A stretch of DNA of 64,000 nt from Batkoa obscura (lineage: Eukaryota): NCBI GenBank assembly GCA_030770535.1, contig JASVEC010000010.1:1-64000 (forward strand). The letters are read 5' to 3'. Position 1 is the stretch's first letter, and every line of letters begins with the position of its first letter. The notes beneath the pieces are model-generated. The model saw nothing but the letters and a program-made list of their open reading frames with translations. It was not told where the DNA came from and did not search any database. Of the stretch, positions 51,549 to 63,594 are shown one piece after another. Both the position numbers and the translations under genes were made by a program.

Positions 51549-52064
51549 TAGTTTTGATTATTTTAAGAAAATGATAAATTAAGATTTTTTTTGAATAATT
51601 TAGTATTACGTTTATGCAAAATGACTTGAGAAAATGCAAAGGATGGATTTGAGTAAATTTCAATTGCTTTATAATAAAAAATCAAAGTAATTATTTATAA
51701 TAATGCTATATTTTTTATAATAAATTTTCTTAGTATTTTCATTAGTTTATCTAAAACTATACTACTAATTAAAGACTATACTAAAGAAGTAATAAAGTAT
51801 ACAGCTATTTTTTTGAGCTTTGTTATTATTGACATTATTTGATTTTTTATAAACCAAAGTCAATATAATAATATAATAGTGAAATAAATAAGAATGATTA
51901 TGAAAACTTCATTAATCACATATTAAAATTTTTTATAAGTTTGAATGTAAGTTTTAAAAAAACATTTATCTTTTCGCATATTAGTAAAAATATAAGATAT
52001 TAAAATTATATATATAAGCAATATCAAGTAAATACTGTGTTAGATATCATCATTTGGCAAAATG

Positions 52065-52161
52065 TGAGAATGTATTTTTCTAAGAATTTTATCAATAATT
52101 TTTCCATTCAAATAGCGCTTAAGAAACAGAAGAAGTAATAAAACCAAAAAAAACATCTTCA
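52065..52161 (+). mobile_element. MITE-like element, degenerate
   Basis: Core AAGAATTTT..TTTCCATTCAAATAGCGCTTAA present. Confidence 0.78.
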
Positions 52162-54908
52162 TGTATTTTATATGTTACAGTATAAAGGATCTTGACAAGA
52201 ATTAGATTTAGATAAAATCAAAATGACACACAAATATCAACATAAAACATCAGCTGACATATTATTTTGAATATTCACTCTTGTATTAAATAAATATGAA
52301 TTAAATTTTATGTGTATAATTTAAACAGAAGACGTAATAATACTTTGAAATTATATTAAAATTTGTTTTTAAAATAAAATAAAAAAATAACATAAACTTT
52401 GATTTAAAAACGTAAATGATAGTACAAAGTAAAACAATAGCACCTTATATAAGGACAGTAGTCTTTTAAAAATCTTGAATGAGTTAGACTTTTAAACAGT
52501 TTATTGTTATAGATAATTAAAATAATGATAGTCTTTATATAAAAATCATAAAAGTAATCCTCAAAACATCTTTTGTATACATCAAAAACTAATCTAAACA
52601 TAATTATCATTATTATTGCTAAGATTAATATTATAATAATGATTTTAATGATTTGTTTTAGAACTAATTCTTATTTAAATTGACCTTGATCTTAACATTC
52701 AATAGCTAAATCATTTTTCTATAGCAGATCATTTAATTATGATTTTAAAAAAATTATATTCATACACTACTGAGATTGTATTGTATATCTAAAAAGTAAC
52801 AAAAGTCAAAAAAGTCGTTATGATAAAGTCATTCCTAAAAAATTAACTCGGAGTATTCTTTATAAAACTTAAAACTTCAACTCACAATAACATTTTATCT
52901 AGTAATCATTCCTATTTATTTATAATTTGTAATTCCAAATTATTGTTATTCTAACTTTGACCTTTTGAAATATTAACCAAATTAGGTTATTATTTTTGAA
53001 CATAAACATTTTAAAACAAATTGAAATTTAGTTAAAAAAACATGGGTATTTTTTCAACCAAAGTTAATAATCTTAAACAGTGCACAACTTATCAAACTAG
53101 CTTTAAAAATAGTACTTTGTAAAAAGCTATTTATAGTTTTGTTTATATTTTAAACTTTTAATATTTTTTAATACTATGAAATATTGGGATATTAGTTAAA
53201 TAGAAGGATAATTATTAGTACAAACAGTAATGTGCTTTCAAACCTTAATATAATTCCTATGCTTTAAAATTAAAAGTATTTTTCATTTTACTCATTTATT
53301 TCTCAAGAATAGCTGAAATCATACATAGTAAATTCTAAGGTAAAGTTGTAACTTATTGTCTTATTTTTAAACGTGTGTCATTGTTTTTTCTTTAATTTAT
53401 TGTTTTAAGCTAAAAATAAAATTGAATTCTATATCTATATTTAGTATATTTGTATTTATAGATTTCCTAATATTCCATGTAATTATGAATTTTAATATCA
53501 ATAAACTATAAAAATTGTTAAAACGGGGATAAATGTATACTATATTGTAAATTGTATTCACATATTTGACTTTTAATAAGAAATAAAACTTCTAATAATA
53601 AACGAGTTGTATAAAGCATTTAATCCCACTATTCAAAAATACAATAAATAGAATCATCTGTTGTTTCGAATTATAAATAAGACATATTATATGTCTAAAG
53701 TTAATTCTTTATCTTACAAAATGATTTAATTCTTTATCAAATATTTATAAATTACTAAAATTGTTAAAAAGTTTATTATTATTTGATTACTACATTAGTG
53801 AATATACTCTTACAATATATTAATTTAAGTCATTTAAAGGTGTTAAAGTGGATAGTGGTCAGACTTATTATATGTGATAATATAATTTATCCTTGGCATT
53901 TATTTTTAAAAAATAACTAAAAAATGTTTAATTAATTAAATATTCTTAAATGATATAAAAATAAAATAAAATAATAAATTAAAATCTAGATTTGATATAA
54001 AACACTTTATTTTTAATAATAAATGACGTCTAATGTAAATTAGAGGATCATATTCTAAACTTATTTTAAATTTACACTTCCTCTTGAAAGCCCACCGTTT
54101 TTCATCACCCAATATCTCCAAATGTTTTTCAGGGGTAAATTCAAATAATAGCAAATCAAGCTAATATTATAGTTTAAGCCATAAAGATCTTAAAATTAAT
54201 TCGAGTTAAAAATAGTTAATCATTTTGGAGTGGTGAGATCATTAAGCTCTTTCAACCATTTAATTAGAATAAATTGATTGATACAGAATTAGGTTGAAAC
54301 TAAGTAAAGGCTTTAAATTAGGCGGCAGACTTTTAACTAAGTTGATTAATAAGCCATAAAACTTTATAGAATATCACTTACTTTTGGGCCAATTTTTAAT
54401 AAATTTATTTTATGCACAATTATTAAACTAATCTTGAATTGATAATGAATTCTTATTCTTTATTTTACAAAGTATATATAATTAAACTAAATCCCTTCTC
54501 TTTCTTTATTTTATTTTTACGTTTTATTATTTCCTATCCTTTCAAGTAAAACCGGTGAGAGAATAAGTACCGTTAGTTCATAATTAAGTTTAAGGTCCTT
54601 TCAAATATTAATATTAATTTGGTTTGGCGTTGTTATTTTGTTAGGAGGTTCTAATATTATTAAGTTGAATTTTTAACAACCATTTATTTTTTCTCCCCGA
54701 AACCTTAAATTAAACTTAATTGGTTGAGTGATTATTAACCCTACTTCACCTTAGACTATTAAAACTTTCCGTAATTGATAATTCTTTCGTATATAACAAG
54801 AATTTAATACGTTTAAACTTACGCCAACTCTTAAAATTCAAATTATAAAAGCAGCTAAAATTGCCCCTTTTTTAAATATATTTTTTTAATTATTTCAAAA
54901 ATCTCAAT

Positions 54909-56039
54909 ATGCTTCAAGGCCAAAATGATACCAAGCTCAATGAAATGGAGAAATTCAAAGTATTCTTAAAAATGCCAATAACCAAAGATTTTGTGGACAT
55001 TCTAACATTAAAGACAAAGATTGTATTAGATTCAACTAGTTCAATTAAGCGTCCAATTACTCCTCCCTTGACGCCTTTATGTCCTGGAAATTCACCTTTA
55101 CCAAAACTTTCTACATTTGTTCGTAACCTCATAATAAGATCAAGAGTTCAACCTGCTACATTATTTGGTACCATGGTATACTTGGAAAGGCTAAAAAGCA
55201 AATTTCAAAATATTATTGCTAAGCATGAGTGCGCTCCACATCGCATAATGTTAGCTGCATTAATAGTAGCTGGTAAATTTTTGAATGATTCTTCACCAAA
55301 AAATAAACATTGGGCTAATTACTCACAAATTTTCCACATATGTGACATCAACCTTATGGAAAAGCAAATGTTAGAGTATCTCCATTTCAATCTTATAGTT
55401 ACTGAAGAAGAACTTATGAAACAATATAATAGTTTTTCTCATTTACCTCATAGTCCAAGGGAATTAGCTATTATCACCTCCATTCCATTCACACCTTCAA
55501 CACCAAAATCAGGTATATTTCCACCTAGTCATAAAACTCCCTTTTCTATCCATTTCCCAGAGATTTTAGATACAACCACAGGAAAGTATCATAAAAAAGA
55601 ATTATTGACACCAATCGTATTAAGTAATATTAAGGAAGGATCAATTTTACCAACACCTGATAGTAAAGGAAATAGAAAATACAATCCTTATCCTAAAGCA
55701 ATTATTACAAAGTTAAACCATCCATCAAAAGGTTCAACACTCTATCAAAGACGTGCATCACGTAAAAAGTTAAGCAATGAGCTCACACAGCAAACTAGTT
55801 TTAAAACTAACCCAGAAATTATATTAACAGTTCCAAATACAAATATTAATAACCCACCTCTCTCCGCACCTTTATTTAAGCAATTTCCATACCCCACTTA
55901 TAGTTTAAAACAAACTACCCCTAATTATATGGCAACTGGACAAAATTGCCTTACCTTGCCACCTTTAAGTTCAATTATGGAACAAAGCCTTTCATTAAAT
56001 TTATCTTACTCTACTAACTTATTTCCTCGCTCTGGATAA
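54909..56039 (+). CDS. Pho85-type cyclin (Pcl1/2-like) with S/T/P-rich tail, intronless
   Basis: LPKLSTFVRNLIIRSRVQPATLFGTMVYLERLK, HRIMLAALIVAGKFLNDSSPKNKHW, DINLMEKQML. Confidence 0.92.
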   Translation: MLQGQNDTKLNEMEKFKVFLKMPITKDFVDILTLKTKIVLDSTSSIKRPITPPLTPLCPGNSPLPKLSTFVRNLIIRSRVQPATLFGTMVYLERLKSKFQNIIAKHECAPHRIMLAALIVAGKFLNDSSPKNKHWANYSQIFHICDINLMEKQMLEYLHFNLIVTEEELMKQYNSFSHLPHSPRELAIITSIPFTPSTPKSGIFPPSHKTPFSIHFPEILDTTTGKYHKKELLTPIVLSNIKEGSILPTPDSKGNRKYNPYPKAIITKLNHPSKGSTLYQRRASRKKLSNELTQQTSFKTNPEIILTVPNTNINNPPLSAPLFKQFPYPTYSLKQTTPNYMATGQNCLTLPPLSSIMEQSLSLNLSYSTNLFPRSG

Positions 56040-57007
56040 AGCAATCAAAAGGTAGCACTTTGAAGCATTTTTGATCAATTTTGTTTGTATAAATTTAAAA
56101 TATTAACCTCTTTTGCTCCTTTTCTTAAAATAAGCCGGTTTTAAATAAAATAATTCATAGAATTAAAATAAATTTTAAATTAAGTTATATTGCGAATTGT
56201 AGTTAAATTTGTAACTGAAATAACCATCCTGTTTTAAATAAATATATTTAATAAATACTACTTTCAGGTAAACCGATTAGTTGAGTATAAATAATAGTTT
56301 AAACTAGAACATCAATAAATTAAAAAATATTGTTATATTGTTGTTAGACAATACCAATATGAAAATTTCTTAGTTTAATTTTGTCCATTTATTAGGTAGC
56401 TTAAAATTTAAAAAATAACCTGATAGAATAATGATATCATTAATTTTCAAAAGCTAATAAATTAAGGTGAAATAAAGGCGAAGCATAAATAAGCTCTTTA
56501 ATTTTAGAATCAATTTAACTTTAGAATTAAGATACAATAATCATGTAGTAAAAATAAAAGATCCATGTTATTGAAATAAGATTTAAGAGCTATGAATAGA
56601 TCAATAAAAGTGGTAAAAAATAACCTTTTTTATAATTTAATGATTCAAATGCACTATATACCATATTAAGCTCTATAAATACTACATGTTTTTAATATAA
56701 CACTTCATACCACTTCTCCCTCATTAAATATTTGATGATAATCTTTTAAACGTACATTTTCTTACACGTTTTGTATGCGTTAAAATTTAAAAGTAAAATA
56801 GTAATTGTACACATTGAATTGTTTTAAAAAAATACTTGAAAAATTATAAATATGATTAGATAATTTCGATTGTCTTTTGTGATACCAAAACATTAACTAA
56901 AATTGTATGAGATAAAAAAATATAGTTTAACTACAATTAAAAATTTTAATGAACTATTGGGTGTATAATTTCATATAAATTTGTGATATTATTTTTACAA
57001 GAGTATA

Positions 57008-57854
57008 TGAGGATGTGTTTTTATGTTTAAGAATTTTGTAATAATTTTTCCGCTCAAATAGCGCTTAAAAGATAGAAAAAGCAATGAAGCCAAAAAAAAA
57101 CACCTTCACATATTTAATATCACTAACGTTAATAACACTATAGTGGCCAATAATTTAAGTACTTTTAATTGGCTAATTATTGCTATGATGCAAACTAATA
57201 TTGGGCGATATCAAATAAAATAAAATCGATGTTTTTTTTGCTTTATTACTTTTTCCGTTTTTTAGTGCTATTTGAGCGGAAAAATTATTAGCAAAATTCT
57301 TAAACATAAAAATACACTAAAAAGATTGCCCTAAATTTACCACTTATAGATAATCGATTTTTAATAATCCCATAAGGAAAATACTTAGTAAAAATTTGTT
57401 TCATTAAAAAAAACTAAAAACATATATATTAACTGGATTAGGTTGCACTAATCTATAACTACTGCTTATGGTAGAGTTGATCTCAAGAAGGGTAATATTG
57501 GTATTTATAGAGTTCATAAGCGGTGATTTATCAGTCTTAAGGAGCATGGTGTAGGCATGGCTGTTATAACGTAAGTTTAAATAACCAGGTCTTTAATGAG
57601 ATAGGTACTGCATGAGGCTGGCAACAGAGCAATGAAAACTATCCGCACTTTAGCAGTCTTGAGATAGCTGATTTAGAGCTTTGAGTGTTATGAATGATAT
57701 GAACTTTACGTTATTCAACCTGAGATTTGTCTTTTTTTTATTATACACATAAAGGGGGGAATGTTTTTGACTTCATTACTTTTTCCATTTTTTAAGCGCT
57801 ATTTAAGCGGAAATTTTGTTAGTAAAATCCTTAAATACAAAAGTACACCTCCAA
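57008..57854. mobile_element. Three MITE copies (57008-57108 +, 57228-57317 - truncated, 57754-57854 -)
   Basis: Consensus matches, downstream of Cys-rich paralog 3. Confidence 0.82.
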
Positions 57855-58095
57855 TAAGATTTAATTTCTAATGTAAATAAAATAATTTAAAAAATATTAT
57901 AGTAGATACTATAGTTAGATATTATTTTTTTGAATTACTATCATAAATACATAATGAAAATGTTTCATCAATGGCTAGTATTAATATAGATTTATTCATT
58001 TATATAAAGTAAAATCTTATTATTATTTGAAATAATAAATACTTATCAATAATCAACTTGATATTAGAAACTAATACTTTATTTAAAATAAATAA

Positions 58096-58626
58096 TTAGT
58101 TGCTAAGGAATAACAAACCAAAAGCAGCTAAAGCAAGAGGAGAATAACAGAAAGCTACAGCATTTGAAGAAGATTTTGAACTTGAAGTATCTTTTGAATC
58201 TTCTTTAACATTATCCATTCTAGCTTCATAAACCTTAGTACCACACATGAACTTACAAGTTTCATCATTATTGCATTTTTTAGTACAGTTATAAGTCTCT
58301 TCAATTACTTTTTCAGAAACTGAAGTACATTCGACTGCTTTTTTATGATCCGATTTACCTTCTTCAAGACATCTTTTGAGTAATGCAATTTCTTTTAAAT
58401 CTAATTTTTGAAGAAAAATAGTTTTGACACAAGTTTGTTTACATACTTCATCTTTACATGAACTGGCACATTTAGCTATTTCGGCTAAAACGGGTTTGGA
58501 TTTTTCTTCCCCTAATTTGGTACAGATACCCTTAAGTTCATTACCAACAATATCACATGTTAGATCGGTGGTAGCAGCTAAAGTTAAAGTAGAAAATAAA
58601 AGAGTAGAGATAATGGTAAGTTTCAT
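58096..58626 (-). CDS. Cys-rich secreted, probably GPI-anchored protein (paralog 3, divergent)
   Basis: Signal peptide, CX10C plus CX3C hairpin repeats, Ser-rich stalk, SNA..SPLALAAFGLLFL tail. Confidence 0.88.
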   Translation of the reverse strand: MKLTIISTLLFSTLTLAATTDLTCDIVGNELKGICTKLGEEKSKPVLAEIAKCASSCKDEVCKQTCVKTIFLQKLDLKEIALLKRCLEEGKSDHKKAVECTSVSEKVIEETYNCTKKCNNDETCKFMCGTKVYEARMDNVKEDSKDTSSSKSSSNAVAFCYSPLALAAFGLLFLSN

Positions 58627-59753
58627 ATTTTATCAAATAAATTATTAATTAAAAATGAAATCTTAAAAGGAATAAGCTATGGATGGTTTATATACTTTTT
58701 TTTTCTCACGGTAATTAATTAATCTAAGTACACTTACTAAATTTATACAAAAGGGGGACTAATTAAAAAAGTTCACAGTGGTAACAAGGTTCACAATCAT
58801 TAAGAACTATTACATTATCAAATCATACATGATATTTTTAATTAAATTTAAATATTTCATTGCAATTTGATGGGAAAATTATAATTTATTATTTTGTATT
58901 TTTTTTAGATACATTTAAACAATAATTGTATTAACGTATTTACCGTGAATTAGTTGCAAATATTTATAAATTAATGATAGTAACAATAACACTATAAATG
59001 TTTATTATATTGCTGTAAACACAAAATAGATCTTGTCTAATAAAAAGTGATAATATTTATAAAATTGGGTTAAAAAATATTTTTTAAATTATAATAACTG
59101 TTGAATTAGTACCAAATATACAGATAACTCAAATTCAATTATATTATTCTATTTATAATTTAGTACTATAAAACTAATAAGTTTCTATCTTCTTCAAGCT
59201 TTATAAAAAACATTTACAAATTTTTATGTAATCACATCAATGGTAGCAATAATATCATTGATGAATAGATATAAAAACCAACACTTATTCCTATTGATGA
59301 TTATATTAAAAAAATTAAGGAAATCTAATAAGAAGCCTAAATAAAGAGAATTATAAAGAAAAATGATAAAATTTTATTTATAAAATGAAAAAATACTTTT
59401 TAAATAATGGCTATAAATATATAGTAACTTTATACTAAGACACATTATCAAAGTTATATTTTAAAATAAATGACATGTAAAAATGTCTGAATCAGTTATA
59501 TTTATTTAATTTAAAAATTAAATTATGAATAAAGTAACCGATAAAATGGTATTAAAATAAAACCTAATTTTCTAAATATTTTATATTTTATATTTTAAGA
59601 ACTTTACTTAAAATTCCATAAAAACAAATTCTTTATTAAAAAACAAATATTTAATAATTTCAAAAAATTATAAAAATTCAGTATATAATAATATATATAT
59701 TAATACAAATGATTGTTATAAATAACTTTATAAAATATAATCTAAACAATATA

Positions 59754-60116
59754 TGGGAGTGTCTTTTTTAACTTCATTATTTCTTCCATTTTTTAAGCGC
59801 TATCTAAGCGGAAAATTTGCTAACAAAATTCTTAAACACAAAAATACATCCCCATATGGTGATGTTTTTTTTGATTTCGTTATTTTTCCATTTTTTAAAC
59901 ACTATTTGAGTGGAAAAATTGTTAGTAAAATTCTTAAACATAAAAAAACATCCCTATATTTAAAAAATATTAGTTTAGATATTACTTTATTTCTTAAACT
60001 ATTTACTATATAATATGGGAGTATCTTTTTTGACTTCATTATTTTTTCCATTTTTTAAGTGCTATTTAAACGGAAAATTTGTTAGTAAAATTCTTAAATA
60101 CAAAAATACATCCTCG
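59754..60116 (-). mobile_element. Three MITE copies (59754-59854 and 59857-59956 joined through one TA; 60016-60116)
   Basis: Reverse-complement consensus; junction CCCCA-TA-TGGTG. Confidence 0.88.
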
Positions 60117-60403
60117 TATTCTTTTGTTTTTATTTTTATTATTTAACTACAAAAAATATCTTTTTTTAGACAATTATATTTAGTGAATATAATAAAAAAT
60201 AACTATTATAATACTTTTTTTCATCTAATTATTCAGTTAAGGTATAAGAAAGATTTTTTAATATAATAACTTAAAACTTTCTATCAACTTGGTTTTTTAT
60301 ATTGTATTGTATTTCTAGTAAACTTACCAAGTTTTTTTAATAGTACTTTATAAAATTTTTAATAATACCTTTTACTTTATTTGTTTCGTATAGTTTGTAA
60401 GCC

Positions 60404-61075
60404 TTGTGAAATATCGCTTTGTCAGTCCCATGGTTAATTATAGCATAATAATCGCCTAAGCTGTTGTGTTCTTAAGTTCAGAGAAAACCAATCCCATGTT
60501 CTTAGTTTGATTTGATATGAGAATTTCTATCTTCGTCTCAAAGAATATTCTCCCCTCGTTTTGATATTTATACTTATCGGAGTATAAAAGTGATTCTAAA
60601 ACATAATAGCTCGAGGTTTTTTAACTGAATTATTCTTTGATATCTCTAACATTTAATAAAGTCACTAAGTTTTCTTGATAGTATTTTACGTAGATTTTAC
60701 ATTAGTATTGTCTATTCTATTTGTCTTATATAGCTTGTAACCTATTACGTGCTATTCCCCATAATCCAAGTCTATCTTAGTCACATAAACTAAGACCTTT
60801 CGACTTATAGTGTAGTCAACCCAGCAATAGCTGTTCTTGATTCCAATTACTGAGTACCAGATTTCACAGCCTATTATATGGGGATGTATTTTTGTATTTA
60901 AGAATTTTACTGACAATTTTTCCACATAAATAGCGCTTAAAAAATGGAAAAATAATGAAACTAAAAAAAACAGCCCCATATGCTATTTTTTTATAATTCA
61001 AATCTATTTTAGTTATATAAACTAAAGCTTTTTGACTTACAATTAGTTAATTAACTAAAAACTATTCTTAATTCT
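60404..61075. repeat. Dispersed repeat, copy B, carrying a nested MITE
   Basis: Colinear with 1632-2160 apart from a ~35-bp indel and the MITE. Confidence 0.85.
60879..60978 (+). mobile_element. Intact 100-bp MITE with target-site duplication
   Basis: TA-TGGGGATGTATTTTT...AAAAAAAACAGCCCCA-TA; the paralogous site at ~2060-2075 is empty. Confidence 0.93.
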
Positions 61076-61538
61076 TACTAAATACCGGTTTTTATAGTTA
61101 CTAAAATTAATATCAATAAATTTTAATGTTTATATTGAATACTTTTTTTACTATATTAAAAATTAGTTATAAAAACTTGCATTTTGTTCTTATTTTAATA
61201 GAAAGTAATAATACATGCGTATTATATCTATCAAAGATCTAATAAAAATGATACAAAAAATATAATTGAAAAAATCAATTACTTAAAAAAATAAGATAGT
61301 TAAATTAATTTTAACATCTTTATATTATTTTAATTATTTAATTTTGAGTTATTTGTGAATCAAAATATATAAATCAATTTCCAGAATAAAACTAATTGTA
61401 AAATAGGCTAATAGTTTAAGCCTAAAGTCAAAGTTTATATTTGATTGGTGTAAAATTATAATCAAAATGATTACGTTTTTTACGCTTTATTTAACAATAT
61501 CTTTTGACATTTTTTATTAGAGGTTAAAAAATAATACA

Positions 61539-62948
61539 ATGAAAGGTAAATATAGTAATTCAATAGATCATAATATAACATTAGAAGTTGAATATTAAAG
61601 CTTAACCTCAATCTTATAGTAAACGTTAAATGGAATACCAACAAATATGAAATGGATCTTGATTTACAAGATTCCGTTTCTACCTTTAAAGCTCAATTAT
61701 ATTCAGTTACTGGCGTTGAACCAGATAGACAAAAGTTATTATCTGGTGGTAAATTTTTAAAAGTAGGGATTGAAAAAGACCTTAGACATTTCTATTTATT
61801 GTTTATTTTATTAGGATGAAACTGATTTAAGTACAATAAAATTTAAAGAGGTAAAGTTTTAATTTTAATTATTTTAAATTTCAAATTTAAAAAAATTTAT
61901 TTAGGGACAATTGATTACAGTAAATATGAATTAATAATACCAAAACAATAATCTAAAACTATTTTAAAAAAGTTAATGGGTTCTGTAGGCGAAATAAATA
62001 CAGCACCAAAAGAAAAAGTGACTTTTATTGAGGATATGACTGAATCAGAGATAACTGAAGCTGTAAAGAAATTTCATTTATTTGATGTTATAAATTTTAA
62101 TCGTACTATAGTTAAAACTACCTGTAGGTTTGATCAATTTAGGAAATACTTGTTATATGGTAATTTATAATTAGATATTATAATAGAGTTAATAAATAAA
62201 TAAATAAATAGAATGCTTCACTTCAAATATTAAAATCAATTCCTGAACTTGAAACTAGCTTACAAAAGTAAATATATGATTCAATAGTATATAATAAGTA
62301 TACACTAAACAATATTTAATAGTTATCAAGGACATCAAAGTAAAGATGGCGACCCACAAGGAAATATGGTTAATAGTTTAAAGGGATTATTTAAAGAACT
62401 AAAAAACTCAGGTTCAGTTTATCCACCATTTATATTTTTACAAGTAAATTGAACTTATATTCATAAATATAATATAATAATTTATTTGTTTATAGTCTTT
62501 ACGTCAAGCCTTCCCAAAGTTTAGTCAACAAGAAGGGAGAGGTAATTATTCACAACAGGATGCAGAAGAATGCTGGTCCTCAATACTTACCAGTTTACAA
62601 AATAAATTAAATGATACAAATGGGAATTCATTTGTTAGCAATTATTTTGGTGGAAAATTTAAAACTAAAATGAGTAGTGAAGAAGCACCTGAAGAAGAAG
62701 CAACAATCGGAGAAGAAACTTTTTTTAAACTAGATTGTCATATTACTAAAGAAGTGAATCATTTAACTGTTGGTTTAAATGATAATTTTATTAATGAAAT
62801 TGAAAAAAACTCACCAAGTTTAAATCGAATGGCTAAATATAAAAAAGAATTTAAAATTGATCGTTTGCCTACTTATTTGCCGATTAATTATGTTAGATTC
62901 TTTTGGAAACCAGCTGAAAGAATTAAAGCTAAAATATTAAAAGTAAGT

Positions 62949-62979
<31 letters not shown>

Positions 62980-63450
62980 TGTAATATAATATTTATACCA
63001 ATATTTTATTTTATATAGAAAGTTAAATTTCCAATGGAATTAGATCTCTACTCTTATTGTACTAAAGAATTACAAACTAAATTAGATTTAGCTCGTAACA
63101 AAATTGAACAAATCGATGAAGAAGAACGTAATAAAAAAGTGAAACTTGAAAAAGAAGAACAACCCAGAGATTATAATAAAGAAATTTACGAAGTAGCAGA
63201 TAATGAATTAAAAAAAGATATGGGCGCTAACTATACTGGTTATTATCAATTACATGGAGTATTAACTCATACTGGTAGATCAGCTGATTCAGGTCATTAT
63301 ATTGCTTGGGTAAGACAAAATAAAAAAGAATGGATTAAATTTGATGATGATAAAGTTACAATTGTGGATGAACAAGCTATTTTAAAATTAGATGGAGGAG
63401 GTGACTGGCATATGGCTTATATTTTATTATATTCTTCTAAACAATTTTAA
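61539..63450 (+). CDS. UBP6: Proteasome-associated deubiquitinase Ubp6/USP14, multi-exon
   Basis: N-terminal UBL (VNVKW..TGVEPDRQK), GLINLGNTCYMNA, QQDAEECW, LTHTGRSADSGHYIAW, GGGDWHMAYILLY. Confidence 0.96.
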
Positions 63451-63594
63451 TTTGAAATAAAATTTAAAGGTTTAATATAACTTAATTTCATATTTTGGAA
63501 TTTTAATTTTAAAAAATTAGAAGATTGAACAAAAAGAATTTATTTGAATAAAATAAAGAATGATTTTTTATTTTAAATATTTCATTTTAAAATC

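Noticed and set aside
57690..57725. Box C/D snoRNA (TGATATGA...CTGA)
   Set aside because: Imperfect C box, too short, and no terminal stem.
59753..60013. 86-aa ORF with internal repeat (also ORFs 32439-32630, 32563-32871, 29088-29282, 60752-60979)
   Set aside because: Chance read-through of MITE copies; no coding evidence.
62950..62978. (AAT)n poly-Asn tract; also a 16-bp tandem duplication at ~63905-63945
   Set aside because: Both lie inside introns; ordinary slippage repeats.
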